This document shows positions 49,801-63,542 of a stretch of DNA of 64,000 nt, in pieces; the first letter of the stretch is position 1; the number at the start of each line of letters is the position of its first letter. The notes beneath the pieces were generated by a model. It had not been told where the DNA came from, searched no databases, and worked only from the letters and a program-made list of their open reading frames with translations. Origin of the DNA: Nemertoderma westbladi (taxonomy: Eukaryota; Animalia; Xenacoelomorpha). The position numbers and the translations under genes are program-made. Location: the NCBI GenBank assembly GCA_032718475.1, contig JAUCBJ010000732.1, forward strand, positions 63,095-127,094, given 5' to 3'.

Positions 49801-52800
49801 TCAAACACCATCTAGGGGACGTTAATAGAAACACATACACCTAAACGGGTGAGTAAAGAGCGGGAAATTCAAACACCATCTAGGGGACGTTAATAGAAAC
49901 ACATACACCTAAACGGGTGAGTAAAGAGCGGGAAATTCAAACACCATCTAGTGGACGTATATAGAAACACATACACCTAAACGGGTGAGTAAAGAGCGAG
50001 ACATTCAAACACCATCTAGGGGACGCCTATAGAAACACATACACCTAAACGGGTGAGTAAAGAGCGGGAAATTCAAACACCATCTAGGGGACGCATATAG
50101 AAACACATACACCTAAACGGGTGAGTAAAGAGCGGGAAATTCAAACACCATCTAGGGGATGTTAATAGAAACACATACACCTAAACGGGTGAGTAAAGAG
50201 CGAGACATTCAAACACCATCTAGGGGACGCCTATAGAAACACATACACCTAAACGGGTGAGTAAAGAGCGGGAAATTCAAACACCATCTAGGGGACGCAT
50301 ATAGAAACACATACACCGAAACGGGTGAGTAAAGAGCGGGAAATTCAAACACAATCTAGGGGACGTTAATAGAAACACATACACCTAAACGGGTGACTAA
50401 AGAGCGGGAAATTCAAACACCATCTAGTGGACGTATATAGAAACACATACACCTAAACGGGTGAGTAAAGAGTGGGAAATTCAAACACCATCTAGGGGAC
50501 GTTAATAGAAACACATACACCTAAACGGGTGAGTAAAGAGCGAGACATTCAAACACCATCTAGGGGACGCATATAGAAACACATACACCTAAACGGGTGA
50601 GTAAAGAGCGGGAAATTCAAACACCATCTAGGGGACGCATATAGAAACACATACACCTAAACGGGTGAGTAAAGAGCGGGAAATTCAAACACCATCTAGG
50701 GGACGTATATAGATACACATACACCGAAACGGGTGAGTAAAGAGCGGGAAATTCAAACACAATCTAGGGGACGTTAATAGAAACACATACACCTAAACGG
50801 GTGAGTAAAGAGCGGGAAATTCAAACACCATCTAGTGGACGTATATAGAAACACATACACCTAAACGGGTGAGTAAAGAGCGAGACATTCAAACACCATC
50901 TAGGGGACGCCTATAGAAACACATACACCTAAACGGGTGAGTAAAGAGCGGGAAATTCAAACACCATCTAGGGGACGCATATAGAAACACATACACCTAA
51001 ACGGGTGAGTAAAGAGCGGGAAATTCAAACACCATCTAGGGGATGTTAATAGAAACACATACACCTAAACGGGTGAGTAAAGAGCGAGACATTCAAACAC
51101 CATCTAGGGGACGTTAATAGAAACACATACACCTAAACGGGTGAGTAAAGAGCGGGAAATTCAAACACCATCTAGGGGACGTATATAGAAACACATACAC
51201 CGAAACGGGTGAGTAAAGAGCGGGAAATTCAAACACCATCTAGTGGACGTATATAGAAACACATACACCTAAACGGGTGAGTAAAGAGCGAGACATTCAA
51301 ACACCATCTAGGGGACGCCTATAGAAACACATACACCTAAACGGGTGAGTAAAGAGCGGGAAATTCAAACACCATCTAGGGGACGCATATAGAAACACAT
51401 ACACCGAAACGGGTGAGTAAAGAGCGGGAAATTCAAACACAATCTAGGGGACGTTAATAGAAACACATACACCTAAACGGGTGACTAAAGAGCGGGAAAT
51501 TCAAACACAATCTAGTGGACGTATATAGAAACACATACACCTAAACGGGTGAGTAAAGAGTGGGAAATTCAAACACCATCTAGGGGACGTTAATAGAAAC
51601 ACATACACCTAAACGGGTGAGTAAAGAGCGAGACATTCAAACACCATCTAGGGGACGCATATAGAAACACATACACCTAAACGGGTGAGTAAAGAGCGGG
51701 AAATTCAAACACCATCTAGGGGACGCATATAGAAACACATACACCTAAACGGGTGAGTAAAGAGCGGGAAATTCAAACACCATCTAGGGGACGTATATAG
51801 ATACACATACACCGAAACGGGTGAGTAAAGAGCGGGAAATTCAAACACAATCTAGGGGACGTTAATAGAAACACATACACCTAAACGGGTGAGTAAAGAG
51901 CGGGAAATTCAAACACCATCTAGTGGACGTATATAGAAACACATACACCTAAACGGGTGAGTAAAGAGCGAGACATTCAAACACCATCTAGGGGACGCCT
52001 ATAGAAACACATACACCTAAACGGGTGAGTAAAGAGCGGGAAATTCAAACACCATCTAGGGGACGCATATAGAAACACATACACCTAAACGGGTGAGTAA
52101 AGAGCGGGAAATTCAAACACCATCTAGGGGATGTTAATAGAAACACATACACCTAAACGGGTGAGTAAAGAGCGAGACATTCAAACACCATCTAGGGGAC
52201 GTTAATAGAAACACATACACCTAAACGGGTGAGTAAAGAGCGGGAAATTCAAACACCATCTAGGGGACGTATATAGATACACATACACCTAAACGGGTGA
52301 GTAAAGAGCGGGAAATTCAAACACCATCTAGTGGACGTATATAGAAACACATACACCTAAACTGGTGAGTAAAGAGCGGTAAATTCAAACACCATCTAGG
52401 GGACGTTAATAGAAACACATACACCTAAACGGGTGAGTAAAGAGCGGGAAATTCAAACACCATCTAGGGGACGTTAATAGAAACACATACACCTAAACGG
52501 GTGAGTAAAGAGCGGGAAATTCAAACACCATCTAGTGGACGTATATAGAAACACATACACCTAAACGGGTGAGTAAAGAGCGAGACATTCAAACACCATC
52601 TAGGGGACGCCTATAGAAACACATACACCTAAACGGGTGAGTAAAGAGCGGGAAATTCAAACACCATCTAGGGGACGCATATAGAAACACATACACCTAA
52701 ACGGGTGAGTAAAGAGCGGGAAATTCAAACACCATCTAGGGGATGTTAATAGAAACACATACACCTAAACGGGTGAGTAAAGAGCGAGACATTCAAACAC

Positions 52801-55800
52801 CATCTAGGGGACGTTAATAGAAACACATACACCTAAACGGGTGAGTAAAGAGCGGGAAATTCAAACACCATCTAGGGGACGTATATAGAAACACATACAC
52901 CGAAACGGGTGAGTAAAGAGCGGGAAATTCAAACACCATCTAGTGGACGTATATAGAAACACATACACCTAAACGGGTGAGTAAAGAGTGGGAAATTCAA
53001 ACACCATCTAGGGGACGTTAATAGAAACACATACACCTAAACGGGTGAGTAAAGAGCGAGACATTCAAACACCATCTAGGGGACGCATATAGAAACACAT
53101 ACACCTAAACGGGTGAGTAAAGAGCGGGAAATTCAAACACCATCTAGGGGACGCATATAGAAACACATACACCTAAACGGGTGAGTAAAGAGCGGGAAAT
53201 TCAAACACCATCTAGGGGACGTATATAGATACACATACACCGAAACGGGTGAGTAAAGAGCGGGAAATTCAAACACAATCTAGGGGACGTTAATAGAAAC
53301 ACATACACCTAAACGGGTGAGTAAAGAGCGGGAAATTCAAACACCATCTAGTGGACGTATATAGAAACACATACACCTAAACGGGTGAGTAAAGAGCGAG
53401 ACATTCAAACACCATCTAGGGGACGCCTATAGAAACACATACACCTAAACGGGTGAGTAAAGAGCGGGAAATTCAAACACCATCTAGGGGACGCATATAG
53501 AAACACATACACCTAAACGGGTGAGTAAAGAGCGGGAAATTCAAACACCATCTAGGGGATGTTAATAGAAACACATACACCTAAACGGGTGAGTAAAGAG
53601 CGAGACATTCAAACACCATCTAGGGGACGTTAATAGAAACACATACACCTAAACGGGTGAGTAAAGAGCGGGAAATTCAAACACCATCTAGGGGACGTAT
53701 ATAGATACACATACACCTAAACGGGTGAGTAAAGAGCGGGAAATTCAAACACCATCTAGTGGACGTATATAGAAACACATACACCTAAACTGGTGAGTAA
53801 AGAGCGGTAAATTCAAACACCATCTAGGGGACGTTAATAGAAACACATACACCTAAACGGGTGAGTAAAGAGCGGGAAATTCAAACACCATCTAGGGGAC
53901 GTTAATAGAAACACATACACCTAAACGGGTGAGTAAAGAGCGGGAAATTCAAACACCATCTAGTGGACGTATATAGAAACACATACACCTAAACGGGTGA
54001 GTAAAGAGCGGGAAATTCAAGCACAATCAAGGGGACGTATATAGAAACACATACACCTAAACGGGTGAGTAAAGAGCGGGAAATTCAAACACCATCTAGG
54101 GGACGCATATAGATATACATACACCGAAACGGGTGAGTAAAGAGCGGGAAATTCAAACACAATCTAGGGGACGCATATAGATATACATACACCTAAACGG
54201 GTGAGTAAAGATCGGGAAATTCAAACACAATCTAGGGGACGCATATAGATATACATACACCGAAACGGGTGAGTAAAGAGCAGGAAATTCAAACACCATC
54301 TAGGGGACGTATATAGAAACACATACACCGAAACGGGTGAGTAAAGAGCGGGAAATTCAAACACCATCTAGGGGACGTATATAGAAACACATACACCTAA
54401 ACGGGTGAGTAAAGAGCGGGAAATTCAAACACCATCTAGGGGACGTTAATAGAAACACATACACCTAAACGGGTGAGTAAAGAGCGGGAAATTCAAACAC
54501 CATCTAGGGGACGTATATAGATACACATACACCTAAACGGGTGAGTAAAGAGCGGGAAATTCAAACACCATCTAGTGGACGTATATAGAAACACATACAC
54601 CTAAACTGGTGAGTAAAGAGCGGTAAATTCAAACACCATCTAGGGGACGTTAATAGAAACACATACACCTAAACGGGTGAGTAAAGAGCGGGAAATTCAA
54701 ACACAATCTAGGGGACGCATATAGAAACACATACACCTAAACGGGTGAGTAAAGAGCGGGAAATTCAAACACCATCTAGGGGACGCATATAGAAACACAT
54801 ACACCTAAACGGGTGAGTAAAGAGCGGGAAATTCAAACACCATCTAGGGGACGTATATAGATACACATACACCGAAACGGGTGAGTAAAGAGCGGGAAAT
54901 TCAAACACAATCTAGGGGACGTTAATAGAAACACATACACCTAAACGGGTGAGTAAAGAGCGGGAAATTCAAACACCATCTAGTGGACGTATATAGAAAC
55001 ACATACACCTAAACGGGTGAGTAAAGAGCGAGACATTCAAACACCATCTAGGGGACGCCTATAGAAACACATACACCTAAACGGGTGAGTAAAGAGCGGG
55101 AAATTCAAACACCATCTAGGGGACGCATATAGAAACACATACACCGAAACGGGTGAGTAAAGAGCGGGAAATTCAAACACAATCTAGGGGACGTTAATAG
55201 AAACACATACACCTAAACGGGTGACTAAAGAGCGGGAAATTCAAACACCATCTAGTGGACGTATATAGAAACACATACACCTAAACGGGTGAGTAAAGAG
55301 TGGGAAATTCAAACACCATCTAGGGGACGTTAATAGAAACACATACACCTAAACGGGTGAGTAAAGAGCGAGACATTCAAACACCATCTAGGGGACGCAT
55401 ATAGAAACACATACACCTAAACGGGTGAGTAAAGAGCGGGAAATTCAAACACCATCTAGGGGACGCATATAGAAACACATACACCTAAACGGGTGAGTAA
55501 AGAGCGGGAAATTCAAACACCATCTAGGGGACGTATATAGATACACATACACCGAAACGGGTGAGTAAAGAGCGGGAAATTCAAACACAATCTAGGGGAC
55601 GTTAATAGAAACACATACACCTAAACGGGTGAGTAAAGAGCGGGAAATTCAAACACCATCTAGTGGACGTATATAGAAACACATACACCTAAACGGGTGA
55701 GTAAAGAGCGAGACATTCAAACACCATCTAGGGGACGCCTATAGAAACACATACACCTAAACGGGTGAGTAAAGAGCGGGAAATTCAAACACCATCTAGG

Positions 55801-58800
55801 GGACGCATATAGAAACACATACACCTAAACGGGTGAGTAAAGAGCGGGAAATTCAAACACCATCTAGGGGATGTTAATAGAAACACATACACCTAAACGG
55901 GTGAGTAAAGAGCGAGACATTCAAACACCATCTAGGGGACGTTAATAGAAACACATACACCTAAACGGGTGAGTAAAGAGCGGGACATTCAAACACCATC
56001 TAGGGGACGTTAATAGAAACACATACACCTAAACGGGTGAGTAAAGAGCGAGACATTCAAACACCATCTAGGGGACGCATATAGAAACACATACACCTAA
56101 ACGGGTGAGTAAAGAGCGGGAAATTCAAACACCATCTAGGGGACGCATATAGAAACACATACACCTAAACGGGTGAGTAAAGAGCGGGAAATTCAAACAC
56201 CATCTAGGGGACGTATATAGATACACATACACCGAAACGGGTGAGTAAAGAGCGGGAAATTCAAACACAATCTAGGGGACGTTAATAGAAACACATACAC
56301 CTAAACGGGTGAGTAAAGAGCGGGAAATTCAAACACCATCTAGTGGACGTATATAGAAACACATACACCTAAACGGGTGAGTAAAGAGCGAGACATTCAA
56401 ACACCATCTAGGGGACGCCTATAGAAACACATACACCTAAACGGGTGAGTAAAGAGCGGGAAATTCAAACACCATCTAGGGGACGCATATAGAAACACAT
56501 ACACCTAAACGGGTGAGTAAAGAGCGGGAAATTCAAACACCATCTAGGGGACGCATATAGAAACACATACACCTAAACGGGTGAGTAAAGAGCGGGAAAT
56601 TCAAACACCATCTAGTGGACGTATATAGAAACACATACACCTAAACGGGTGAGTAAAGAGCGAGACATTCAAACACCATCTAGGGGACGCCTATAGAAAC
56701 ACATACACCTAAACGGGTGAGTAAAGAGCGGGAAATTCAAACACCATCTAGGGGACGCATATAGAAACACATACACCGAAACGGGTGAGTAAAGAGCGGG
56801 AAATTCAAACACAATCTAGGGGACGTTAATAGAAACACATACACCTAAACGGGTGAGTAAAGAGCGGGAAATTCAAACACCATCTAGTGGACGTATATAG
56901 AAACACATACACCTAAACGGGTGAGTAAAGAGTGGGAAATTCAAACACCATCTAGGGGACGTTAATAGAAACACATACACCTAAACGGGTGAGTAAAGAG
57001 CGAGACATTCAAACACCATCTAGGGGACGCATATAGAAACACATACACCTAAACGGGTGAGTAAAGAGCGGGAAATTCAAACACCATCTAGGGGACGCAT
57101 ATAGAAACACATACACCTAAACGGGTGAGTAAAGAGCGGGAAATTCAAACACCATCTAGGGGACGTATATAGATACACATACACCTAAACGGGTGAGTAA
57201 AGAGCGGGAAATTCAAACACCATCTAGGGGACGTTAATAGAAACACATACACCTAAACGGGTGAGTAAAGAGCGGGAAATTCAAACACCATCTAGTGGAC
57301 GTATATAGAAACACATACACCTAAACGGGTGAGTAAAGAGCGGGAAATTCAAACACCATCTAGGGGACGTATATAGATACACATACACCGAAACGGGTGA
57401 GTAAAGAGCGGGAAATTCAAACACCATCTAGGGGACGTTAATAGAAACACATACACCTAAACGGGTGAGTAAAGAGCGGGAAATTCAAACACCATCTAGG
57501 GGACGTATATAGATACACATACACCGAAACGGGTGAGTAAAGAGCGGGAAATTCAAACACAATCTAGGGGACGTTAATAGAAACACATACACCTAAACGG
57601 GTGAGTAAAGAGCGGGAAATTCAAACACCATCTAGTGGACGTATATAGAAACACATACACCTAAACGGGTGAGTAAAGAGCGAGACATTCAAACACCATC
57701 TAGGGGACGCCTATAGAAACACATACACCTAAACGGGTGAGTAAAGAGCGGGAAATTCAAACACCATCTAGGGGACGCATATAGAAACACATACACCTAA
57801 ACGGGTGAGTAAAGAGCGGGAAATTCAAACACCATCTAGGGGATGTTAATAGAAACACATACACCTAAACGGGTGAGTAAAGAGCGAGACATTCAAACAC
57901 CATCTAGGGGACGTTAATAGAAACACATACACCTAAACGGGTGAGTAAAGAGCGGGAAATTCAAACACCATCTAGGGGACGTTAATAGAAACACATACAC
58001 CTAAACGGGTGAGTAAAGAGCGAGACATTCAAACACCATCTAGGGGACGCATATAGAAACACATACACCTAAACGGGTGAGTAAAGAGCGGGAAATTCAA
58101 ACACCATCTAGGGGACGCATATAGAAACACATACACCTAAACGGGTGAGTAAAGAGCGGGAAATTCAAACACCATCTAGGGGACGTATATAGATACACAT
58201 ACACCGAAACGGGTGAGTAAAGAGCGGGAAATTCAAACACAATCTAGGGGACGTTAATAGAAACACATACACCTAAACGGGTGAGTAAAGAGCGGGAAAT
58301 TCAAACACCATCTAGTGGACGTATATAGAAACACATACACCTAAACGGGTGAGTAAAGAGCGAGACATTCAAACACCATCTAGGGGACGCCTATAGAAAC
58401 ACATACACCTAAACGGGTGAGTAAAGAGCGGGAAATTCAAACACCATCTAGGGGACGCATATAGAAACACATACACCTAAACGGGTGAGTAAAGAGCGGG
58501 AAATTCAAACACCATCTAGGGGACGTATATAGAAACACATACACCTAAACGGGTGAGTAAAGAGCGGAAATTCAAACACCATCTAGGGGACGTTAATAGA
58601 AACACATACACCTAAACGGGTGAGTAAAGAGCGGGAAATTCAAACACCATCTAGGGGACGTATATAGAAACACATACACCGAAACGGGTGAGTAAAGAGC
58701 GGGAAATTCAAACACCATCTAGTGGACGTATATAGAAACACATACACCTAAACGGGTGAGTAAAGAGCGAGACATTCAAACACCATCTAGGGGACGCCTA

Positions 58801-61800
58801 TAGAAACACATACACCTAAACGGGTGAGTAAAGAGCGGGAAATTCAAACACCATCTAGGGGACGCATATAGAAACACATACACCGAAACGGGTGAGTAAA
58901 GAGCGGGAAATTCAAACACAATCTAGGGGACGTTAATAGAAACACATACACCTAAACGGGTGACTAAAGAGCGGGAAATTCAAACACAATCTAGTGGACG
59001 TATATAGAAACACATACACCTAAACGGGTGAGTAAAGAGTGGGAAATTCAAACACCATCTAGGGGACGTTAATAGAAACACATACACCTAAACGGGTGAG
59101 TAAAGAGCGAGACATTCAAACACCATCTAGGGGACGCATATAGAAACACATACACCTAAACGGGTGAGTAAAGAGCGGGAAATTCAAACACCATCTAGGG
59201 GACGCATATAGAAACACATACACCTAAACGGGTGAGTAAAGAGCGGGAAATTCAAACACCATCTAGGGGACGTATATAGATACACATACACCGAAACGGG
59301 TGAGTAAAGAGCGGGAAATTCAAACACAATCTAGGGGACGTTAATAGAAACACATACACCTAAACGGGTGAGTAAAGAGCGGGAAATTCAAACACCATCT
59401 AGTGGACGTATATAGAAACACATACACCTAAACGGGTGAGTAAAGAGCGAGACATTCAAACACCATCTAGGGGACGCCTATAGAAACACATACACCTAAA
59501 CGGGTGAGTAAAGAGCGGGAAATTCAAACACCATCTAGGGGACGCATATAGAAACACATACACCTAAACGGGTGAGTAAAGAGCGGGAAATTCAAACACC
59601 ATCTAGGGGATGTTAATAGAAACACATACACCTAAACGGGTGAGTAAAGAGCGAGACATTCAAACACCATCTAGGGGACGTTAATAGAAACACATACACC
59701 TAAACGGGTGAGTAAAGAGCGGGAAATTCAAACACCATCTAGGGGACGTATATAGAAAACATACACCGAAACGGGTGAGTAAAGAGCGGGAAATTCAAAC
59801 ACAATCTAGGGGACGTTAATAGAAACACATACACCTAAACGGGTGAGTAAAGAGCGGGAAATTCAAACACCATCTAGTGGACGTATATAGAAACACATAC
59901 ACCTAAACGGGTGAGTAAAGAGCGGGAAATTCAAACACCATCTAGGGGACGTTAATAGAAACACATACACCTAAACGGGTGAGTAAAGAGCGGGAAATTC
60001 AAACACCATCTAGGGGACGTTAATAGAAACACATACACCTAAACGGGTGAGTAAAGAGCGGGAAATTCAAACACCATCTAGGGGACGTTAATAGAAACAC
60101 ATACACCTAAACGGGTGAGTAAAGAGCGAGACATTCAAACACCATCTAGGGGACGTTAATAGAAACACATACACCTAAACGGGTGAGTAAAGAGCGGGAA
60201 ATTCAAACACCATCTAGGGGACGTATATAGAAACACATACACCGAAACGGGTGAGTAAAGAGCGGGAAATTCAAACACCATCTAGTGGACGTATATAGAA
60301 ACACATACACCTAAACGGGTGAGTAAAGAGCGAGACATTCAAACACCATCTAGGGGACGCCTATAGAAACACATACACCTAAACGGGTGAGTAAAGAGCG
60401 GGAAATTCAAACACCATCTAGGGGACGCATATAGAAACACATACACCGAAACGGGTGAGTAAAGAGCGGGAAATTCAAACACAATCTAGGGGACGTTAAT
60501 AGAAACACATACACCTAAACGGGTGACTAAAGAGCGGGAAATTCAAACACAATCTAGTGGACGTATATAGAAACACATACACCTAAACGGGTGAGTAAAG
60601 AGTGGGAAATTCAAACACCATCTAGGGGACGTTAATAGAAACACATACACCTAAACGGGTGAGTAAAGAGCGAGACATTCAAACACCATCTAGGGGACGC
60701 ATATAGAAACACATACACCTAAACGGGTGAGTAAAGAGCGGGAAATTCAAACACCATCTAGGGGACGCATATAGAAACACATACACCTAAACGGGTGAGT
60801 AAAGAGCGGGAAATTCAAACACCATCTAGGGGACGTATATAGATACACATACACCGAAACGGGTGAGTAAAGAGCGGGAAATTCAAACACAATCTAGGGG
60901 ACGTTAATAGAAACACATACACCTAAACGGGTGAGTAAAGAGCGGGAAATTCAAACACCATCTAGTGGACGTATATAGAAACACATACACCTAAACGGGT
61001 GAGTAAAGAGCGAGACATTCAAACACCATCTAGGGGACGCCTATAGAAACACATACACCTAAACGGGTGAGTAAAGAGCGGGAAATTCAAACACCATCTA
61101 GGGGACGCATATAGAAACACATACACCTAAACGGGTGAGTAAAGAGCGGGAAATTCAAACACCATCTAGGGGACGTTAATAGAAACACATACACCTAAAC
61201 GGGTGAGTAAAGAGCGGGAAATTCAAACACCATCTAGGGGACGTATATAGAAACACATACACCGAAACGGGTGAGTAAAGAGCGGGAAATTCAAACACAA
61301 TCTAGGGGACGTTAATAGAAACACATACACCTAAACGGGTGAGTAAAGAGCGGGAAATTCAAACACCATCTAGGGGACGCATATAGAAACACATACACCT
61401 AAACGGGTGAGTAAAGAGCGGGAAATTCAAACACCATCTAGGGGACGTTAATAGAAACACATACACCTAAACGGGTGAGTAAAGAGCGGGAAATTCAAAC
61501 ACCATCTAGGGGACGTATATAGAAACACATACACCGAAACGGGTGAGTAAAGAGCGGGAAATTCAAACACCATCTAGGGGACGTCTATAGAAACACATAC
61601 ACCTAAACGGGTGAGTAAAGAGCGGGAAATTCAAACACCATCTAGGGGACGTTAATAGAAACACATACACCTAAACGGGTGAGTAAAGAGCGGGAAATTC
61701 AAACACCATCTAGGGGACGCATATAGAAACACATACACCTAAACGGGTGAGTAAAGAGCGGGAAATTCAAACACCATCTAGGGGACGTATATAGAAACAC

Positions 61801-62577
61801 ATACACCTAAACGGGTGAGTAAAGAGCGGTAAATTCAAACACCATCTAGGGGACGTTAATAGAAACACATACACCTAAACGGGTGAGTAAAGAGCGAGAC
61901 ATTCAAACACCATCTAGGGGACGCCTATAGAAACACATACACCTAAACGGGTGAGTAAAGAGCGGGAAATTCAAACACCATCTAGGGGACGCATATAGAA
62001 ACACATACACCTAAACGGGTGAGTAAAGAGCGGGAAATTCAAACACCATCTAGGGGATGTTAATAGAAACACATACACCTAAACGGGTGAGTAAAGAGCG
62101 AGACATTCAAACACCATCTAGGGGACGCCTATAGAAACACATACACCTAAACGGGTGAGTAAAGAGCGGGAAATTCAAACACCATCTAGGGGACGCATAT
62201 AGAAACACATACACCGAAACGGGTGAGTAAAGAGCGGGAAATTCAAACACAATCTAGGGGACGTTAATAGAAACACATACACCTAAACGGGTGACTAAAG
62301 AGCGGGAAATTCAAACACCATCTAGTGGACGTATATAGAAACACATACACCTAAACGGGTGAGTAAAGAGTGGGAAATTCAAACACCATCTAGGGGACGT
62401 TAATAGAAACACATACACCTAAACGGGTGAGTAAAGAGCGAGACATTCAAACACCATCTAGGGGACGCATATAGAAACACATACACCTAAACGGGTGAGT
62501 AAAGAGCGGGAAATTCAAACACCATCTAGGGGACGCATATAGAAACACATACACCGAAACGGGTGAGTAAAGAGCGG
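34819..62577 (-). repeat. 27.8-kb intronic satellite, 68-bp unit (about 408 copies) containing the intron's putative branch point and 3' splice site
   Basis: Plus-strand unit CACCTAAACGGGTGAGTAAAGAGCGGGAAATTCAAACACCATCTAGGGGACGTATATAGAAACACATA (copies at 34819, 34887, ...). The last sense copy is the functional acceptor of exon 34638-34821. Confidence 0.98.
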
Positions 62578-62643
62578 TTAAATCGTGCTACGGCATAGAG
62601 GAACAGTGAGTGACAATAATTAGCATCAACTATCACAACCCAC

Positions 62644-62842
62644 CAATCAAGGCACATCCGCAATCTTTGCAAGCCTTGGCGACGCTTTTAACTACAGACG
62701 TTGCCACGGCTACATCCAATCGGGAGCAGGCGTAGTAATCAAGGAAGAATAAGGGTTCGGCCCCCACAGTGAGGATGTCGTTGACGCACATAGCAACCAA
62801 ATCCTGCCCAATGGTGTCATGGAAACCGGCCTCCAACGCAAT
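62644..62842 (-). CDS. GART: GART exon (AIR synthetase N-terminal domain)
   Basis: TGTAG| acceptor; [39 protein letters not shown]...CGCALI(G). Donor ATTG|GTGGGT (phase 1) joins GT GGC GAG to give the conserved [11 protein letters not shown]. Confidence 0.95.
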
Positions 62843-63303
62843 CTACAGCACAACCAACCACCAATTAGAGTTTAGAGTTAAATTCTGCTATTCAATTTAA
62901 CATTTCGTTAAACCCAAATGTTACCCAAGGGTATGACAAATCGTAATGTGTTCATGGTAAACACGGTTAATTCAAACCAAAACAATAAAGAAATTAGTGA
63001 GTGGAATGGTAACATGAAATTAATTCAGCAATATAAAACAATGCCTACGTACAACTAGTTATGAATATTGATAAATTAATAATTAAGTAGGATCAAAAAT
63101 ACTTTTCAGGTAGTGAAAAAACTTTACTCATACTCGAAACTGGAGGAGACTACAGGGGATTCCAGAACCTCGAGTATTGCTTCAAGTATCGGCGTTCTGT
63201 ACGTTTAGATATAATCGTAATCGATACTAGATAATAGTCATAGAAAAAAAAATATAAAATGCAAAAAGATTAAGACCCCCCCCCCCCCCCCCCCCGTACT
63301 TAC

Positions 63304-63542
63304 TTTGAGTTTAGTGCCGACTCCGTCTGTGCCAGCGACCAATAAAGGATCCCGGTACCCCACCGCCTTCATATCGAATAGGCCGCCAAACCCTCCAATG
63401 GCTGCGGTGTATCCAGGGCGTTGCGTAGCGGCAGCCAATGGTTTAATGGCGCGCACCAGCTGATCCGCTGATTCGATACTGACACCCGAATCGGAATAAA
63501 GCAACCTGGGTTGGGAGAAAATCGAACTGGCACCGCCGCTCA
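63304..63542 (-). CDS. GART: GART exon (linker plus start of AIR synthetase); upstream GAR synthetase exons presumably lie beyond the right edge
   Basis: [21 protein letters not shown]...[32 protein letters not shown] (PurM motifs); donor AAA|GTAAGT at 63303; probable acceptor CTTAG| at 63543. No in-frame ATG upstream before a stop. Confidence 0.9.

Noticed and set aside
28797-62577. CRISPR array interpretation of the 63-, 42- or 68-bp repeats
   Set aside because: Units are head-to-tail with no unique spacers, there are no cas genes, and the context is eukaryotic and intron-containing.
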